In this document: one piece after another, positions 29,309 through 41,821 of the stretch | Layout of the letters: every line of letters starts with the position of its first letter | How positions within the stretch are numbered: position 1 is the first letter of the stretch | Assembly (NCBI GenBank): GCA_964421595.1 | Contig: CAYQXY010000001.1 | Location: 447-64,446, forward strand | Origin: an uncultured Bacteroidales bacterium | GTDB taxonomy: Bacteria > Bacteroidota > Bacteroidia > Bacteroidales > PUMT01 | Reading direction: 5' to 3' | Length of the DNA: 64,000 nt | Program-made: the position numbers and the translations under genes | The notes under the pieces: model-generated | Seen by the model: only the letters and a program-made list of their open reading frames with translations | What the model was told of the DNA's origin: nothing | The model's database searches: none

Positions 29309-29414
29309 TCGTATATATCAGGTTAATCAAATTATTAAACACTTGGTTTTTTGCATGACAATTAAACCTTTTTGCTGAAAAGTTATAACAGCTGCCGGCC
29401 TGTCATGCACGGGC

Positions 29415-29861
29415 CTAAATTTTTACTACTGTACCACCTGATTTTTCAATTGCTTCCTGAGCTGTTTTTGAAAATGCATGAGCTGATACCTCCAGCTTTG
29501 CATCAAGCGTTCCATCTCCAAGGATCTTTATCAAATCATTTCTCGAAGCATATCCGGCACTCACCAGCATTTCTATATCTATTGATGCAGTACCGGTTTT
29601 TTCAGAGAGCTCCTGCAATAATCCAATATTAATGCCCTTGAAGGATCTGCGGTTAATATTTTTAAATCCGAATTTAGGCACCCTTCTCTGGAGTGGCATC
29701 TGCCCACCTTCAAACCCAACCTTTCTGCTGTACCCTGATCGTGATTTTTGTCCCTTATGCCCCTTTGTGGCAGTTCCTCCTCTTGTAGAACCTTCACCTC
29801 TGCCAAGTCTTTTGTTCCGTTTAACGGAGCCTTCAGCAGGCTTTAAATTACTCAAATTCAT
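29415..29861 (-). CDS. rplO: 50S ribosomal protein L15
   Basis: Motifs GHKGQKSRSG and GFEGGQMPLQRRVPKFGF. Confidence 0.98.
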   Translation of the reverse strand: MNLSNLKPAEGSVKRNKRLGRGEGSTRGGTATKGHKGQKSRSGYSRKVGFEGGQMPLQRRVPKFGFKNINRRSFKGINIGLLQELSEKTGTASIDIEMLVSAGYASRNDLIKILGDGTLDAKLEVSAHAFSKTAQEAIEKSGGTVVKI

Positions 29862-29876
29862 ATCTGTAATCTGTTT

Positions 29877-30068
29877 TTATTTTACCTCTTCAATTTTCAG
29901 CAAATGCCTGACTTTTTCAAGCATGCCCAGGAGTTGCGGAGAAGATTCTGCCTCAACACTGTTGCTTATCTTTTTCAGGCCGAGGGCTTCCATTGTCCGT
30001 TTCTGGCGCTCGGTGCTACCGATTATGCTTTTTACCTGAGTGTATCTTATCTTCTTAATCTTAGCCAT
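29877..30068 (-). CDS. rpmD: 50S ribosomal protein L30
   Basis: TQVKSIIG..RQKRT.EALGLKK; position in the spc operon. Confidence 0.95.
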   Translation of the reverse strand: MAKIKKIRYTQVKSIIGSTERQKRTMEALGLKKISNSVEAESSPQLLGMLEKVRHLLKIEEVK

Positions 30069-30083
30069 GATCATTAATTAAAT

Positions 30084-30599
30084 CTAACCGTTAAAAACTC
30101 TTTCCAGGGGTATGCCTCTGAGTTCGGAAATTGTATGGGCGTCACGCAATTCCATGAGCGCTTCAAATGTTGCCTTAACCAGGTTATGCGGATTGGATGA
30201 TCCTTTTGATTTGGCAAGTACATCGGTTATGCCGACGCTCTCGAGTACAGCACGCATAGCACCACCTGCTACAACACCTGTTCCGTGTGAAGCAGGTTTT
30301 AGAAACACTTTTGCACCACCATACTTGGCAAACTGCTCATGCGGAATAGTTCCTTTGTGGATAGGTACCCTGACAAGGTTCTTTTTTGCATCTTCAATTC
30401 CTTTGGAGATTGCTGTAGTTACTTCATTTGCCTTGCCAAGACCGTAACCGACTATCCCATCTTCATTACCAACCACTACAATGGCCGAAAAACTGAATGT
30501 ACGTCCGCCCTTGGTTACTTTGGTAACACGCTGAATACTTACAACGCGGTCTTTTAGTTCCAGATCACTGGTTTTTACTTTTCTGATTGTTGTTGACAT
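30084..30599 (-). CDS. rpsE: 30S ribosomal protein S5
   Basis: Motifs [13 protein letters not shown] and [15 protein letters not shown]. Confidence 0.98.
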   Translation of the reverse strand: MSTTIRKVKTSDLELKDRVVSIQRVTKVTKGGRTFSFSAIVVVGNEDGIVGYGLGKANEVTTAISKGIEDAKKNLVRVPIHKGTIPHEQFAKYGGAKVFLKPASHGTGVVAGGAMRAVLESVGITDVLAKSKGSSNPHNLVKATFEALMELRDAHTISELRGIPLERVFNG

Positions 30600-30603
30600 A
30601 ACC

Positions 30604-30960
30604 CTATAATTTTAATCCACCTTCCCGGGCGGCATCAGCTAAAGCCTTTACCCTGCCGTGGTATAAATAACCATTTCTGTCAAATACTACATTGGAAATT
30701 CCCTTTTCAAGAGATTTCTCTGCAATAAGTTTCCCGACTTGTTTCGCCTGATCGATCTTATTAACCTTTCCGGAAGCTTCATCAATTTTACCTGAAGAAG
30801 CGGCAACAAGTGTCCTGCCATTAAGATCATCTATAAGCTGCACATACATCCCCCGGTTACTGCGGAAAACTGTCATTCTCGGCCGATCATTCGTTCCGGA
30901 AATGTTTTTGCGAATTCTCATTTTGATTCGCTTTCTTCTTTTAAGCTTAGTTAAAGCCAT
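30604..30960 (-). CDS. rplR: 50S ribosomal protein L18
   Basis: Motifs [10 protein letters not shown] and [19 protein letters not shown]. Confidence 0.98.
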   Translation of the reverse strand: MALTKLKRRKRIKMRIRKNISGTNDRPRMTVFRSNRGMYVQLIDDLNGRTLVAASSGKIDEASGKVNKIDQAKQVGKLIAEKSLEKGISNVVFDRNGYLYHGRVKALADAAREGGLKL

Positions 30961-30983
30961 GATTTATTACCTGTTTTGAAATA

Positions 30984-31538
30984 TTATACACTTGCAGATT
31001 TTCCTGCCTTCTTCCTCAGTTGTTCCCCAACGAATTTAACACCCTTGCCCTTATAAGGTTCTGGTTTGCGCAAAGACCTGATCTTTGCCGCCACCTGACC
31101 GATGAGCTGCTTGTCAATACTTTTCAGGGTAATAATTGGATTGCTTCGCCTTTCAGTCTTAGCTTCAACAGAAACTTCAGATGGTATTTCAAAAATTATA
31201 TCGTGTGAATAACCCAGACTGAGTTCAAGCAACTGCCCTTTGGCTTCAGCTCTGTAACCTACACCTACCAGCTCCTGTTTTATCTCATAGCCTTTGTGAA
31301 CACCCTCCACCATGTTGTTAACAAGTGAGCGGTACAGTCCATGCATCGCTTTGGTCTGGTTGTCTTCTGAGCCTCTTGTGAAACTCACCTGGTTATCTTC
31401 AACTTTAATGCCTATGCGGGCATCAACCTGTTGCGAAAGTTCTCCCAGGGGACCTTTCACCTTAACAAAATTATCTTTGTCAACCGTGAAGGTAACTTTT
31501 TCGGGCAATTCTATGGGTAAATATCCTATTCTTGACAT
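30984..31538 (-). CDS. rplF: 50S ribosomal protein L6
   Basis: MSRIG start, VGVGYRA and RKPEPYKGKG. Confidence 0.98.
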   Translation of the reverse strand: MSRIGYLPIELPEKVTFTVDKDNFVKVKGPLGELSQQVDARIGIKVEDNQVSFTRGSEDNQTKAMHGLYRSLVNNMVEGVHKGYEIKQELVGVGYRAEAKGQLLELSLGYSHDIIFEIPSEVSVEAKTERRSNPIITLKSIDKQLIGQVAAKIRSLRKPEPYKGKGVKFVGEQLRKKAGKSASV

Positions 31539-31555
31539 TGCTTTGTTTCCTCCAA

Positions 31556-31951
31556 TTAATATACATAACATAATACTTCACCGCCAATACTCTTCGTACG
31601 TGCTTCTTTATCGGACATTACACCCTGTGAAGTTGATAAGATGGCGATACCCAAACCATTGAGTACCCTGGGAAGATCATCTTTCCCTTTATAATGGCGT
31701 AATCCCGGCCTGCTAACGCGACGCAGCGATTTTATGGCTGGCTGCTTAGTCTCAGGATGATATTTCAGGGCAATCTTGATCTTTCCCTGAACACCGTCGT
31801 CTTCAAATTTATAGTTTAAAACATAACCTTTCTCAAAGAGAATTTTGGTAATATCTTTTTTTACGTTTGAAGCAGGAATCTCAACAATCTTATGCCGGGC
31901 CATCATGGCGTTTCTCAGCCGTGTAAGATAATCTGCTATAGGATCTGTCAT
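31556..31951 (-). CDS. rpsH: 30S ribosomal protein S8
   Basis: Motifs [21 protein letters not shown] and GGEVLCYVY. Confidence 0.98.
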   Translation of the reverse strand: MTDPIADYLTRLRNAMMARHKIVEIPASNVKKDITKILFEKGYVLNYKFEDDGVQGKIKIALKYHPETKQPAIKSLRRVSRPGLRHYKGKDDLPRVLNGLGIAILSTSQGVMSDKEARTKSIGGEVLCYVY

Positions 31952-31977
31952 ATCTCTTAATTATTTAAAATATTTAC

Positions 31978-32247
31978 TTACCAACTTGCTTTTTTAATAC
32001 CCGGAATAAGTCCCTTAGATGCCATCTCCCTGAAAGTTATCCTGCTCACACCAAACTGACGTATATATCCTTTAGGCCGTCCGGTAAGTTTACAACGGTT
32101 GTGTAACCTGATCGGATTACTGTTCCGGGGTAAAAGACTTAAACCTACATAATCACCTTCAGCTTTGAGTTTTGCGCGTCTGTCCGCATAACGGTCAACC
32201 AGTTTTTGTCTGCGTACTTCACGCGCTTTCATTGATTCTTTAGCCAT
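31978..32247 (-). CDS. rpsN: 30S ribosomal protein S14 (89-aa, Zn-independent type)
   Basis: [32 protein letters not shown]. Confidence 0.97.
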   Translation of the reverse strand: MAKESMKAREVRRQKLVDRYADRRAKLKAEGDYVGLSLLPRNSNPIRLHNRCKLTGRPKGYIRQFGVSRITFREMASKGLIPGIKKASW

Positions 32248-32248
32248 G

Positions 32249-32806
32249 CTATATTTTTTTTACGTTCTTAAATGGTATACCGAACTCACGAAGAAGAGCA
32301 AAGCCCTCTTCATCAGTAGGCGCAGTCGTAACAAAGGTTATTTCCATTCCGAGTATCTTGTTTATCTTATCGATATCAACTTCCGGAAAAATTATCTGCT
32401 CTGTAATTCCCAGAGTATAGTTTCCTCTACCATCAAACTTACTGCTTACTCCGCGAAAATCCCTGATCCTGGGCAAGGCGGCTGATATCAGACGCTCCAG
32501 AAATTCATACATTTTCTCCCTTCGCAAAGTAACGCGCACTCCAATAGGCATTTCGCGACGCAGTTTGAAATTGGAAATATCCTTCCGCGATACAGTCTGC
32601 ACTGCTTTCTGTCCGGAAATAGATGTAAGTTCAGTCTGCGCAATTTCGATAAGTTTCTTATCGGCAACAGCCTGTCCGACACCCTGATTGATTACTATCT
32701 TCTGTAATCTGGGTACCTGCATTACACTTTTATAGTTAAACTCTTTCTTTAGCGCAGGAACAATCTCCTGTGCATATCTCTCCTTGAGTGAAGGCCTGTA
32801 ATCCAT
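32249..32806 (-). CDS. rplE: 50S ribosomal protein L5
   Basis: Motifs [26 protein letters not shown] and [10 protein letters not shown]. Confidence 0.98.
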   Translation of the reverse strand: MDYRPSLKERYAQEIVPALKKEFNYKSVMQVPRLQKIVINQGVGQAVADKKLIEIAQTELTSISGQKAVQTVSRKDISNFKLRREMPIGVRVTLRREKMYEFLERLISAALPRIRDFRGVSSKFDGRGNYTLGITEQIIFPEVDIDKINKILGMEITFVTTAPTDEEGFALLREFGIPFKNVKKI

Positions 32807-33129
32807 TACTTGATTTCCTCCCCTGTTTTTTTAGAATAACGTACCAATTTATTATTTTCATCCAATTTCCTTCCAACCCTTGTCGGCTTTCCTGTAGATG
32901 GATCGACCAGCATCAGGTTTGAAATTCGGATCGGTCCTTCTTTCTTAATGATACCTCCCTGGGTATGTTTAGCATTTGGTTTGGTATGGCGTGAAACCAT
33001 GTTTACACCTTCCACGATAGCCTTTTCATCTTTGGTAACAACATCAAGTACCCGTCCCTGCTGGCCTCTGGATTCACCTGAGATAACATAAACCGTATCA
33101 CCTTTTTTTATATGGTATTTTCTGCCCAT
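32806..33129 (-). CDS. rplX: 50S ribosomal protein L24
   Basis: KOW motif [17 protein letters not shown] and [10 protein letters not shown]. Confidence 0.97.
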   Translation of the reverse strand: MGRKYHIKKGDTVYVISGESRGQQGRVLDVVTKDEKAIVEGVNMVSRHTKPNAKHTQGGIIKKEGPIRISNLMLVDPSTGKPTRVGRKLDENNKLVRYSKKTGEEIK

Positions 33130-33150
33130 CAATCTAGATTTTAATATTAT

Positions 33151-33516
33151 TTATAAAACTTCGGGTGCAAGGGAGACGATCTTCATGTATTTTTCACGAA
33201 GCTCACGTGGTACAGGTCCAAAAATACGTGTACCCCTGATTTCTCCAACGTTATTCAAAAGAACAACAGCATTATCGTCAAAACGGATGTATGAGCCATC
33301 GTTTCTGCGTATCTCTTTCTTTGTGCGCACCACGACAGCTTTGCTAACGGTGCCTTTTTTTATTTCGCCTGAGGGTATTGCACTCTTGACAGTCACAACT
33401 ATTTTGTCACCTACCCTGGCATACCTCTTACCGCTGCCGCCAAGTACCCTGATGCACAAAACCTCTTTGGCTCCGCTGTTGTCAGCTACACCTAATCTGC
33501 TTTCTTGTTGTATCAT
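33151..33516 (-). CDS. rplN: 50S ribosomal protein L14
   Basis: Motifs [16 protein letters not shown] and IVSLAPEVL. Confidence 0.98.
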   Translation of the reverse strand: MIQQESRLGVADNSGAKEVLCIRVLGGSGKRYARVGDKIVVTVKSAIPSGEIKKGTVSKAVVVRTKKEIRRNDGSYIRFDDNAVVLLNNVGEIRGTRIFGPVPRELREKYMKIVSLAPEVL

Positions 33517-33518
33517 AG

Positions 33519-33773
33519 CTATTTTGCTCTTTCAATTATTTCTACTAACCTCCAGCACTTGTCTTTACTAAGAGGCCTTGTTTCCATTATTTTGACAGTA
33601 TCGCCGATATTACAGCTGTTCTGTTCGTCGTGTGCCATCAGTTTAGTAGATTTTTTTACAAATTTACCATACATAGGGTGTTTTACTCTGCGGTTCACAG
33701 TAACTACAACGGATTTATCCATTTTATTGCTGACGACTACCCCGACGCGTTCTTTTCTTAATTTTCTTTCCAT
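33519..33773 (-). CDS. rpsQ: 30S ribosomal protein S17
   Basis: Motifs [16 protein letters not shown] and ETRPLSK. Confidence 0.98.
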   Translation of the reverse strand: MERKLRKERVGVVVSNKMDKSVVVTVNRRVKHPMYGKFVKKSTKLMAHDEQNSCNIGDTVKIMETRPLSKDKCWRLVEIIERAK

Positions 33774-33781
33774 TTTTGGTG

Positions 33782-33988
33782 CTAACTTTTTTGTTTCTCT
33801 GTTAACAAACGTTGACGTAATTCAGTTTTCAACCTTGCAATATTTTTTCTTGCAACCGTAATTTTCAAAGGGTTATCAAGCGGTGATACGGCATGATTCA
33901 TCTTCAGCTTGATCAGGAGACTCTTCTCCGTATCGATCCTTTCCTGGATCTCGCTGGTAGACAACTCCCTTATTTCTGCTATCTTCAT
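33782..33988 (-). CDS. rpmC: 50S ribosomal protein L29
   Basis: [24 protein letters not shown]; operon position. Confidence 0.95.
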   Translation of the reverse strand: MKIAEIRELSTSEIQERIDTEKSLLIKLKMNHAVSPLDNPLKITVARKNIARLKTELRQRLLTEKQKS

Positions 33989-34021
33989 GTATAATAAATT
34001 TTGTCTGGTATAACACTAAAA

Positions 34022-34450
34022 TCAAACTGGGTTTTCGGAAAAATCGCGCCTTACGATAAATTTCGTTACGATAGGCAGCTTCTGGGCAGCAAGCCTTAGA
34101 GCCTCCCTTGCCACTTCAATTGGTACGCCTTCAGCCTCAATAATAATTCTGCCAGGGGTTACCGGGGCAACAAATGCTTCCGGGGCACCTTTACCCTTAC
34201 CCATACGAACTTCTGCAGGTTTCTTGGTAATTGGCTTATCAGGGAATATGCGTATCCATATCTGTCCCTCTCTCTTCATATAACGTGTGACCGCCTGTCT
34301 GGCAGCTTCTATCTGACGACCGGTAATCCAGGTTTCCTCCAGCGCCTTGATGCCAAAAGATCCGAATGCAAGCTGATTGCCACGCTGTGCATTGCCCTTC
34401 ATTTTTCCTTTTTGCTGCCGTCTGAACTTTGTTTTCTTTGGCTGTAACAT
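34022..34450 (-). CDS. rplP: 50S ribosomal protein L16
   Basis: Motifs [16 protein letters not shown] and EVRMGKGKG. Confidence 0.98.
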   Translation of the reverse strand: MLQPKKTKFRRQQKGKMKGNAQRGNQLAFGSFGIKALEETWITGRQIEAARQAVTRYMKREGQIWIRIFPDKPITKKPAEVRMGKGKGAPEAFVAPVTPGRIIIEAEGVPIEVAREALRLAAQKLPIVTKFIVRRDFSENPV

Positions 34451-34480
34451 TATAGCAATTTCTTAATGGATATTATTATA

Positions 34481-35197
34481 CTATTTTTTTCTCCTTTTAA
34501 ATCCACCACGGTCCTTAGGTTTATCCCCTCCGGCAGCCGGAGCAGCTCCAAGATTAGGTGAAAGATCAGGTTTTCCGAAAACCTCGCCGTTGCAAATCCA
34601 TACTTTTACACCTATTAATCCGACTTTGGTCAATGCTTCTGCAAGTGCATAATCGATATTTGCCCTCAAAGTGTGAAGCGGTGTACGTCCTTCCTTGTAC
34701 ATTTCAGCCCTTGCCATCTCTGCACCACCCAGTCTGCCGCTTATCTGCACCTTAATTCCTTCTGCACCCATCCGCATCGTCGAAGCGATTGCCATTTTAA
34801 TGGCTCTCCTGTATGATATCTTTCCTTCTATCTGTCGTGCCAGATTGTTTGCAACTATTACAGCATCAAGCTCCGGGCGTTTAACTTCGAATATATTGAT
34901 CTGTACATCCTTCTGGGTAATCTTCTTTAACTCTTCTTTCAGTTTGTCAACTTCCTGACCGCCTTTTCCGATAATAATACCAGGACGTGCAGTATTTACA
35001 GTAACTGTTATCAGTTTAAGCGTTCGCTCGATAATGATCTTTGAAATACTTGCCTTTGCAAGCCTGGCACTCAGATACTCCCTGATCTTGAAATCTTCAA
35101 TCAGCTTGCCTGAATAATCATTTCCTCCATACCAGTTGGAATCCCAACCCCTTATGATGCCCAATCTGTTACTTATCGGATTAACTTTCTGTCCCAT
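34481..35197 (-). CDS. rpsC: 30S ribosomal protein S3
   Basis: Motifs [28 protein letters not shown] and PLHTLRA. Confidence 0.98.
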   Translation of the reverse strand: MGQKVNPISNRLGIIRGWDSNWYGGNDYSGKLIEDFKIREYLSARLAKASISKIIIERTLKLITVTVNTARPGIIIGKGGQEVDKLKEELKKITQKDVQINIFEVKRPELDAVIVANNLARQIEGKISYRRAIKMAIASTMRMGAEGIKVQISGRLGGAEMARAEMYKEGRTPLHTLRANIDYALAEALTKVGLIGVKVWICNGEVFGKPDLSPNLGAAPAAGGDKPKDRGGFKRRKK

Positions 35198-35203
35198 TGA
35201 CTA

Positions 35204-35623
35204 TTATTTTGTATTAATTTTTTCTGTCTGTTCAACTTTATCCAGTACCATAGTGACATGGTTGGAGCGTTTTCTTATACGATGTGCCCTTCCCTGGGGG
35301 GCAGGCCTTAATCTTTTGAGTGTCCTGCCCTGGTCTACAAAAACCTCTTTTACAACCAGATGGCTGTCTTCGATACGGGTGCCTTCGTTTTTGTTTTGCC
35401 AGTTTGAAATAGCTGACAGAAGCAGCTTTTCCATTTTGCGTGATGCTTCTTTTGAACTGAACTTCAGAGTGTCAAGTGCCTTATTTACCTCTTCACCTCT
35501 TACTATATCAGCAACCAGCCTCATTTTACGGGGAGAGGTGGGGCAATTCCGGAGGACGGCAAAATATTTGCTTTTCTTTTCCTCTTTAATTTTTTGAGCT
35601 CTTTGTTGTTTTCTGGATCCCAT
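35204..35623 (-). CDS. rplV: 50S ribosomal protein L22
   Basis: Motifs [10 protein letters not shown] and [12 protein letters not shown]; Bacteroidota-type N-terminal extension MGSRK. Confidence 0.97.
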   Translation of the reverse strand: MGSRKQQRAQKIKEEKKSKYFAVLRNCPTSPRKMRLVADIVRGEEVNKALDTLKFSSKEASRKMEKLLLSAISNWQNKNEGTRIEDSHLVVKEVFVDQGRTLKRLRPAPQGRAHRIRKRSNHVTMVLDKVEQTEKINTK

Positions 35624-35660
35624 CGCTAACAATTATGTTATATCGTTCTACAAGTCTGAC

Positions 35661-35927
35661 TTATTTCTTTTTTCCACCATGGCCCCTGAACATACGGGTA
35701 GGTGAAAATTCACCAAGCTTATGCCCAACCATGTTTTCTGTAACATACACAGGAATAAATTTGTTCCCGTTGTGAACTGCAACCGTATGACCAACAAAAT
35801 CAGGAGATATCATCGAACGGCGTGACCAGGTCTTGATAACTGTTTTCTTCCCTGCCCGGTTCATGTCTGAAACCCGTTTTTCGAGTTTAAAATCAATAAA
35901 GGGGCCTTTTTTAAGTGAGCGACTCAT
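35661..35927 (-). CDS. rpsS: 30S ribosomal protein S19
   Basis: Motifs [10 protein letters not shown] and [13 protein letters not shown]. Confidence 0.98.
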   Translation of the reverse strand: MSRSLKKGPFIDFKLEKRVSDMNRAGKKTVIKTWSRRSMISPDFVGHTVAVHNGNKFIPVYVTENMVGHKLGEFSPTRMFRGHGGKKK

Positions 35928-35948
35928 AACGATCGTTTATTTTCTTAA

Positions 35949-36773
35949 TTATTTTTTTCTTTTCTCAACTATATATTTATTCGAAGCCTTTTTCTTCGAA
36001 CGGGTTTTGAAACCCTTGGCAGGTATACCATTTCTGGAACGGGGATGTCCGCCTGAGGCACGTCCTTCACCTCCACCCATCGGGTGATCAACAGGGTTCA
36101 TAACAACACCCCTTACCCTTGGACGGCGGCCAAGCCAACGGCTCCGGCCTGCCTTTCCGGAACGTTCCAGTGCGTTATCAGCATTTGAAACGCTTCCGAT
36201 TGTGGCACGGCATGTAACTAAAACCATTCTCATTTCACCTGAAGGCAGCTTAATAATAGCATACTTCCCTTCCCTTGAAGTAAGCTGTCCATAAGATCCG
36301 GCACTCCTTGCCATTGCAGCACCCTGTCCGGGCTTAAGCTCTATATTATGTATAACTGTACCCAGAGGTATATCAGAAAGAAAGGTTGTGTTACCGATCT
36401 CAGGTGCAGAATCCTTTCCGGAAATAATTGTTTGTCCGACTTTCAATCCAGCAGGTGCTATAATATAGTTTTTTTCACCATCAGAATAAACTATAAGGGC
36501 TATCCGTGCTGAGCGGTTTGGATCATATTCAATAGTCTTCACAACAGCAGGAACTCCATCCTTGTTTCTTTTAAAATCGATAATCCTGTAGCGGCGTTTA
36601 TGTCCACCACCCAGATACCTCATGGTCATTTTGCCCGAGTTGTTCCTTCCGCCTGATTTCTTAATAGGGGCAAGAAGGGATTTCTCCGGCTTATCCGTAG
36701 TTATATTCTCAAAGGTAGATTTTATCTTATGTCTCTGCCCCGGAGTAACCGGGTTTAATTTACGTACTGCCAT
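35949..36773 (-). CDS. rplB: 50S ribosomal protein L2
   Basis: Motifs [11 protein letters not shown] and [17 protein letters not shown]. Confidence 0.98.
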   Translation of the reverse strand: MAVRKLNPVTPGQRHKIKSTFENITTDKPEKSLLAPIKKSGGRNNSGKMTMRYLGGGHKRRYRIIDFKRNKDGVPAVVKTIEYDPNRSARIALIVYSDGEKNYIIAPAGLKVGQTIISGKDSAPEIGNTTFLSDIPLGTVIHNIELKPGQGAAMARSAGSYGQLTSREGKYAIIKLPSGEMRMVLVTCRATIGSVSNADNALERSGKAGRSRWLGRRPRVRGVVMNPVDHPMGGGEGRASGGHPRSRNGIPAKGFKTRSKKKASNKYIVEKRKK

Positions 36774-36850
36774 TTTAGCTTAAACTATAAAGTATACAAA
36801 ACATTAACAATTACTTTCTTTGCAACAGGGCCTCATGCTCTGCTCGCCGG

Positions 36851-37141
36851 CTAAATATTACTGTAAAAATCAATATTTTCGCCATCGGCCAGCGTTACAA
36901 TAGCCTTTTTGAAAGAGTTGGACTTCCCGGCTATAATACCGGTCTTGGTGTACCTGGATTTTACCTTACCACCATAAACAAGAGTGTTAACGGCTTCGAC
37001 CTTCACATCGTACATCTCTTCTACAGCCTTTTTAATCTGTATTTTGTTCGCCCGCTTATCAACAATGAAACCAAATCTGTTGAGCTTTTCGCCCTGGCTG
37101 GTCATTTTCTCGGTAATAATGGGTTTTTTCAGAATATCCAT
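36851..37141 (-). CDS. rplW: 50S ribosomal protein L23
   Basis: Motifs PIITEK, ANKIQIKKAVE and KKAIVTL. Confidence 0.97.
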   Translation of the reverse strand: MDILKKPIITEKMTSQGEKLNRFGFIVDKRANKIQIKKAVEEMYDVKVEAVNTLVYGGKVKSRYTKTGIIAGKSNSFKKAIVTLADGENIDFYSNI

Positions 37142-37155
37142 GACAATTATAATTT

Positions 37156-37785
37156 CTAGTTGCTTAACATATTGTCCAAAATGTCTACAGAGCTCTCAAA
37201 AAGAAGTAAAAATGATGCGTTCATGACGTCGTATGTAGTTAATTCTGAAGCTATTATCACTTTAACCCCCTGTAAATTTCGGGAAGACAAATATATGTTT
37301 TTATTTTGTTCGTTTAAAACCAAAAGTGACTTTTTCTCATTAATTTTCAAATTATTGAGAATATCAATATATTCTTTGGTCTTTGGCGTTGCCAGATCGA
37401 AATCCTCTACTATCCTGATCTTCTCATTTTGAGCCTTATAGGACAAAGCAGACTTCCTTGCAAGTCTTTTGACTTTTTTATTGAGCTTGAAGCTGTAATC
37501 ACGGGGTTTCGGACCAAAAGCACGGCCACCACCTCTGAACATAGGATTCTTAATATCACCTGCACGCGCGGTACCTGTACCCTTTTGCCTTTTTATTTTC
37601 CGGGTACTTCCGGCAACCTCCGAGCGCTCCTTTGACTTGTGTGTACCCTGACGGCCATTGGCCTGGTACTGCTTTACGTCAAGATAAATCGCATGATCAT
37701 TAGGCTCAATACCGAAAATGGTGTCATTGAGAACGACATTCTTGCCGGTTTCTTCTCCTTTTAAATTATATACTGCTAATTCCAT
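37156..37785 (-). CDS. rplD: 50S ribosomal protein L4
   Basis: Motifs [22 protein letters not shown] and [11 protein letters not shown]. Confidence 0.98.
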   Translation of the reverse strand: MELAVYNLKGEETGKNVVLNDTIFGIEPNDHAIYLDVKQYQANGRQGTHKSKERSEVAGSTRKIKRQKGTGTARAGDIKNPMFRGGGRAFGPKPRDYSFKLNKKVKRLARKSALSYKAQNEKIRIVEDFDLATPKTKEYIDILNNLKINEKKSLLVLNEQNKNIYLSSRNLQGVKVIIASELTTYDVMNASFLLLFESSVDILDNMLSN

Positions 37786-38402
37786 TATTGATGAATTATT
37801 AAATATGAACCTTTTGCACCGGGTACTGCGCCCTTTACAATTAAAAGATTGCTTTCAGGTATGATCTTGACAATACTCAGTGAGATCATCATGACCTTGT
37901 CACCGCCCATTCTTCCGGCCATTCTCATTCCTTTAAATACGCGCGAGGGGTATGATGAACTTCCTATTGATCCGGGAGCACGCATACGGTTGTGCTGTCC
38001 GTGAGTAGCCTGGCCAACGCCGGCAAAACCATGTCTCTTCACTACACCCTGAAAGCCTTTACCCTTGGAAGTTCCGGTTATATCAAGCCATACGTCATCC
38101 TTCAGCTGCTCAACTGTAATGACATCACCCAGTTTCAATTCCTGCTTGAATCCGTCAAACTCATGCAATTTCCTCTTCGGAGTCGTTTTAGCTTTTTTGA
38201 AATGTCCAAGTAAAGGCTTGTTACAGGATTTTTCTTTTCTGTCATCAAAAGCAAGCTGAACTGCTTCGTAACCATCAGTTTCTTTGGTCTTGATCTGTGT
38301 TACAACACAGGGACCCGCTTCAATCACGGTACATGGAACATATTTCCCGTCTTCTCCGAAAACCGAGGTCATTCCTATTTTTTTACCAATTAATCCAGGC
38401 AT
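37785..38402 (-). CDS. rplC: 50S ribosomal protein L3
   Basis: Motifs [20 protein letters not shown] and KGAVPG. Confidence 0.98.
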   Translation of the reverse strand: MPGLIGKKIGMTSVFGEDGKYVPCTVIEAGPCVVTQIKTKETDGYEAVQLAFDDRKEKSCNKPLLGHFKKAKTTPKRKLHEFDGFKQELKLGDVITVEQLKDDVWLDITGTSKGKGFQGVVKRHGFAGVGQATHGQHNRMRAPGSIGSSSYPSRVFKGMRMAGRMGGDKVMMISLSIVKIIPESNLLIVKGAVPGAKGSYLIIHQ

Positions 38403-38424
38403 CTTATTTCCGTTTTACAAATAA

Positions 38425-38730
38425 TTACACTTTAATTTCTACCTCAACACCACTGGGCAATTCGAGCTTCATTAAAGCATCGATAGTTTTCGGAGTTGAG
38501 CTGTAAATATCCAGCAGCCTTTTGTATGAACTCAATTCAAACTGTTCTCTGGATTTCTTATTGACAAAAGGTGAACGCAATACAGTAAAAATCCGTTTAT
38601 GCGTTGGCAATGGGATTGGACCGCTCACGATTGCACCGGTGGACTTTACGGTTTTTACGATCTTTTCGGTGGACTTGTCCACTAAATTATGATCGTAGGA
38701 TTTCAATTTGATTCGGATTTTCTGACTCAT
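38425..38730 (-). CDS. rpsJ: 30S ribosomal protein S10
   Basis: Motifs [17 protein letters not shown] and KSREQFE. Confidence 0.98.
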   Translation of the reverse strand: MSQKIRIKLKSYDHNLVDKSTEKIVKTVKSTGAIVSGPIPLPTHKRIFTVLRSPFVNKKSREQFELSSYKRLLDIYSSTPKTIDALMKLELPSGVEVEIKV

Positions 38731-38740
38731 CGTATTTTAA

Positions 38741-40846
38741 TTAAGCTGATTCTTTTTGCCCGGTTGTTGATTCTAATATTTTTTTGGCTATTGTATCGGT
38801 GACTTTTTCATAATGTGAAAACTCCATAGTAGAAGTAGCCCTTCCGGAAGTTAGCGTACGGAGTACCGTAACATATCCGAATTGCTCGGCAAGTGGTACC
38901 CTGGCACGGATAATCCTGGCACCTGCCTTACCTTCCATTTTTTCAATATGCCCCCTTCGCTTGTTAAAGTCGCCTATTACATCACCCATGTATTCTTCAG
39001 GTGTGACAACCTCAACTTTCATAATTGGTTCAAGAAGTACTGGTTTTGTCTTAGGCAGTGCATGACGGAAAGCCTGTTTTGCACATATCTCAAAAGAGAG
39101 ACTGTCAGAGTCGACATTATGGTATGATCCGTCGACAAGTGTTACCTTCAGGCTGTCTACCGGGAAACCTGCCAGAACACCGTTCAGCATAGCCTCGGTA
39201 AATCCTTTCTGAACAGATGGAATATACTCCTTTGGAATATTTCCGCCCTTAACTTCATCAATAAACTGTAATCCGGTTATTCCTTCGTCGGCGGGACCTA
39301 TTTTTACAATGATATCTGCAAATTTTCCACGGCCACCACTCTGTTTTTTAAATACCTCCCTGTGTTCGATCATGGTAGTCACTGCCTCTTTGTATGCTAC
39401 CTGGGGAGCACCCTGATTACACTCTACCTTAAATTCCCGCTTCAGCCGGTCTACAAGAATCTCAAGATGCAGTTCACCCATGCCATGGATAAGTGTCTGG
39501 CCTGACTGTTCATCATATCTTACCTTAAAGGTAGGATCTTCCTCGGCAAGCTTGTTGAGAGCCATGCCAAGCTTATCCATATCCTTCTGTGTCTTTGGTT
39601 CTATTGCTATTCCAATTACAGGTTCAGGGAAAGTAATTGATTCAAGGGTTATTGGTTTCTTCTCTTCGCATAATGTATCACCGGTTCGCAAATCTTTAAA
39701 CCCAACGGCTGCGCAGATATCCCCTGCTTCAATAAACTCCTTGGGAATCTGTTTATTGGCATGCATCTGGTACAGCCTTGTGATCCTCTCCTTTTTGCCG
39801 GTACGCACATTAAGCACATAACTTCCGGCATTCAGTACGCCACTATATATTCTCAGAAACGCCAGCCGTCCAACGAACGGGTCAGTGGCAATCTTAAAAG
39901 CAAGCGCAGTTAAAGGCTCTGAGGAATCTGGTTTCCTTTCAATCACCTCATCGTTATTGGGATTGATTCCTTTAACAGCATCAATATCGAGAGGAGAAGG
40001 CAGGAATGCAACCACTGCATCCAGGAGGCTCTGCACCCCTTTATTCTTAAAGGCCGAGCCGCACATTACAGGCACTACTATCATCTGGATTGTAGCCTTC
40101 CTTACAGCAATGGACAGCTCCTCATTAGTTATTGAGCCGGGATTATCAAGATATTTTTCAAGAATGGTATCATCGGCATCAGCTACTGATTCAATCAGAC
40201 GTCCTCTCCATTCATCAGCTTCAGCTAACAGCTCTTCAGGTATGTCAGTTATTTCGAATGTTACCCCGAACTGATCCTCATGCCAGATCCTGGCTTTCAT
40301 CAATATCAGGTCAATGACGCCGCGAAATGACTCTTCGCTGCCTATTGGTATTTGAAGCGGAACCGGATTAGCACCAAGTTTCTCATGTATCTGAGATACA
40401 ACAGTTAAAAAATCCGCTCCCGAGCGGTCCATTTTATTAACAAAACATATACGGGGCACCTTATACTTATCTGCCTGCCTCCATACTGTTTCTGACTGAG
40501 GCTCAACCCCACCAACCGCACAAAATACAGCAACAGCGCCATCCAGTACCCTTAGGGAGCGTTCAACCTCGACTGTAAAATCAACGTGGCCGGGTGTATC
40601 TATAATATTTACCTTGTACTCTTCTTCATCTACTTTCCAGTAGGTTGTGGTTGCGGCAGAGGTTATGGTGATTCCCCTTTCCTGCTCCTGAACCATCCAG
40701 TCCATAGTCGCGGCACCATCATGCACCTCACCCATACGGTGGGTTATACCGGTATAGAACAGAATCCTCTCCGTTGTAGTGGTCTTACCGGCATCAATGT
40801 GTGCCATGATGCCAATGTTCCTCGTATATTTTAAACTTCTGCTCAT
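38741..40846 (-). CDS. fusA: Elongation factor G (canonical)
   Basis: Motifs [30 protein letters not shown] and GMGELHL. Confidence 0.98.
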   Translation of the reverse strand: MSRSLKYTRNIGIMAHIDAGKTTTTERILFYTGITHRMGEVHDGAATMDWMVQEQERGITITSAATTTYWKVDEEEYKVNIIDTPGHVDFTVEVERSLRVLDGAVAVFCAVGGVEPQSETVWRQADKYKVPRICFVNKMDRSGADFLTVVSQIHEKLGANPVPLQIPIGSEESFRGVIDLILMKARIWHEDQFGVTFEITDIPEELLAEADEWRGRLIESVADADDTILEKYLDNPGSITNEELSIAVRKATIQMIVVPVMCGSAFKNKGVQSLLDAVVAFLPSPLDIDAVKGINPNNDEVIERKPDSSEPLTALAFKIATDPFVGRLAFLRIYSGVLNAGSYVLNVRTGKKERITRLYQMHANKQIPKEFIEAGDICAAVGFKDLRTGDTLCEEKKPITLESITFPEPVIGIAIEPKTQKDMDKLGMALNKLAEEDPTFKVRYDEQSGQTLIHGMGELHLEILVDRLKREFKVECNQGAPQVAYKEAVTTMIEHREVFKKQSGGRGKFADIIVKIGPADEGITGLQFIDEVKGGNIPKEYIPSVQKGFTEAMLNGVLAGFPVDSLKVTLVDGSYHNVDSDSLSFEICAKQAFRHALPKTKPVLLEPIMKVEVVTPEEYMGDVIGDFNKRRGHIEKMEGKAGARIIRARVPLAEQFGYVTVLRTLTSGRATSTMEFSHYEKVTDTIAKKILESTTGQKESA

Positions 40847-40891
40847 ATAATTTTTACAACCCTGTTTTTAGTTTACGCTGGCGGGCAAACT

Positions 40892-41368
40892 TTAGAATCT
40901 GAAATGTGCAAATGCCTTATTAGCTTCTGCCATCCTGTGCATATCTTCTTTCCTTTTAAATGCAGCTCCTTCTTCATTATAGGCAGCTACTATTTCAGCC
41001 GCCAGTTTGTCAGCCATGGTTTTTCCCCCACGCTTTCGCGCAAAGATTATCATGTTCTTCATACTTATAGAAACCTTTCTCTCAGCTCTAACCTCCTGGG
41101 GAACCTGAAATGTTGCACCCCCAACACGACGGCTTTTCACCTCAACCATCGGGGTGATGTTTTCAAGAGCTTTTCTCCAGACATCCAGAGGAGTCTTGCC
41201 TGTCTCTTTGGTCTTTTGCTCAACAATATTCAGCGCATCGTAAAAAATATTGAATGCCAGGCTTTTTTTGCCCTGGTACATCATATTGTTTACAAACCGG
41301 GTAACCTCTATATCGGTATATTTTGGGTCCGGAAGTAAGATTCTCTTTTTTGGTTTCGACTTTCTCAT
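40892..41368 (-). CDS. rpsG: 30S ribosomal protein S7
   Basis: Motifs [15 protein letters not shown] and [15 protein letters not shown]. Confidence 0.98.
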   Translation of the reverse strand: MRKSKPKKRILLPDPKYTDIEVTRFVNNMMYQGKKSLAFNIFYDALNIVEQKTKETGKTPLDVWRKALENITPMVEVKSRRVGGATFQVPQEVRAERKVSISMKNMIIFARKRGGKTMADKLAAEIVAAYNEEGAAFKRKEDMHRMAEANKAFAHFRF

Positions 41369-41395
41369 CTGGTTATGCTTCTGATATGTTTGACT

Positions 41396-41776
41396 TTATT
41401 TTTTGACTTTAGGTCTCTTTGTTCCATATTTTGACCGTCTCTGGGTACGACCCTCAACTCCTGATGTATCAAGTGCTCCGCGAATAAGGTGATACCTGAC
41501 ACCCGGCAGATCCTTTACCCTGCCACCCCTTATAAGTACAATGGAGTGTTCCTGCAGATTATGACCTTCACCTGGAATATATGCGTTCACTTCCTTTCCG
41601 TTGGTCAATCTTACCCTTGCCACTTTTCTCATTGCAGAATTAGGCTTTTTGGGAGTTGTTGTGTAAACTCGTACACAAACCCCTCTTCTCTGGGGACATG
41701 CATCCAGTGCAGGAGCCTTCTTCTTTTCGGTAAGCTTGGTCCTTCCTTTTCTTACTAACTGCTGAATTGTAGGCAT
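41396..41776 (-). CDS. rpsL: 30S ribosomal protein S12
   Basis: Motifs [17 protein letters not shown] and [10 protein letters not shown] (wild-type lysines). Confidence 0.99.
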   Translation of the reverse strand: MPTIQQLVRKGRTKLTEKKKAPALDACPQRRGVCVRVYTTTPKKPNSAMRKVARVRLTNGKEVNAYIPGEGHNLQEHSIVLIRGGRVKDLPGVRYHLIRGALDTSGVEGRTQRRSKYGTKRPKVKK

Positions 41777-41821
41777 AAAGATTAGTTCTATTAATTACTT
41801 ACATTTTATTAAATGGGTGTG

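Noticed and set aside
26805-32247. Zn-ribbon-less S14 and L36 as a zinc-starvation adaptation
   Set aside because: These forms are the normal operon-encoded versions in Bacteroidota.
38731-38740. Absence of tuf after fusA (also no adk after secY and no dnaK with grpE-dnaJ)
   Set aside because: This is the standard gene order for the phylum.
23540-41758. Numerous antisense and alternate-frame ORFs over ribosomal and other genes
   Set aside because: They are shadow ORFs of strongly conserved genes with no protein-like motifs.
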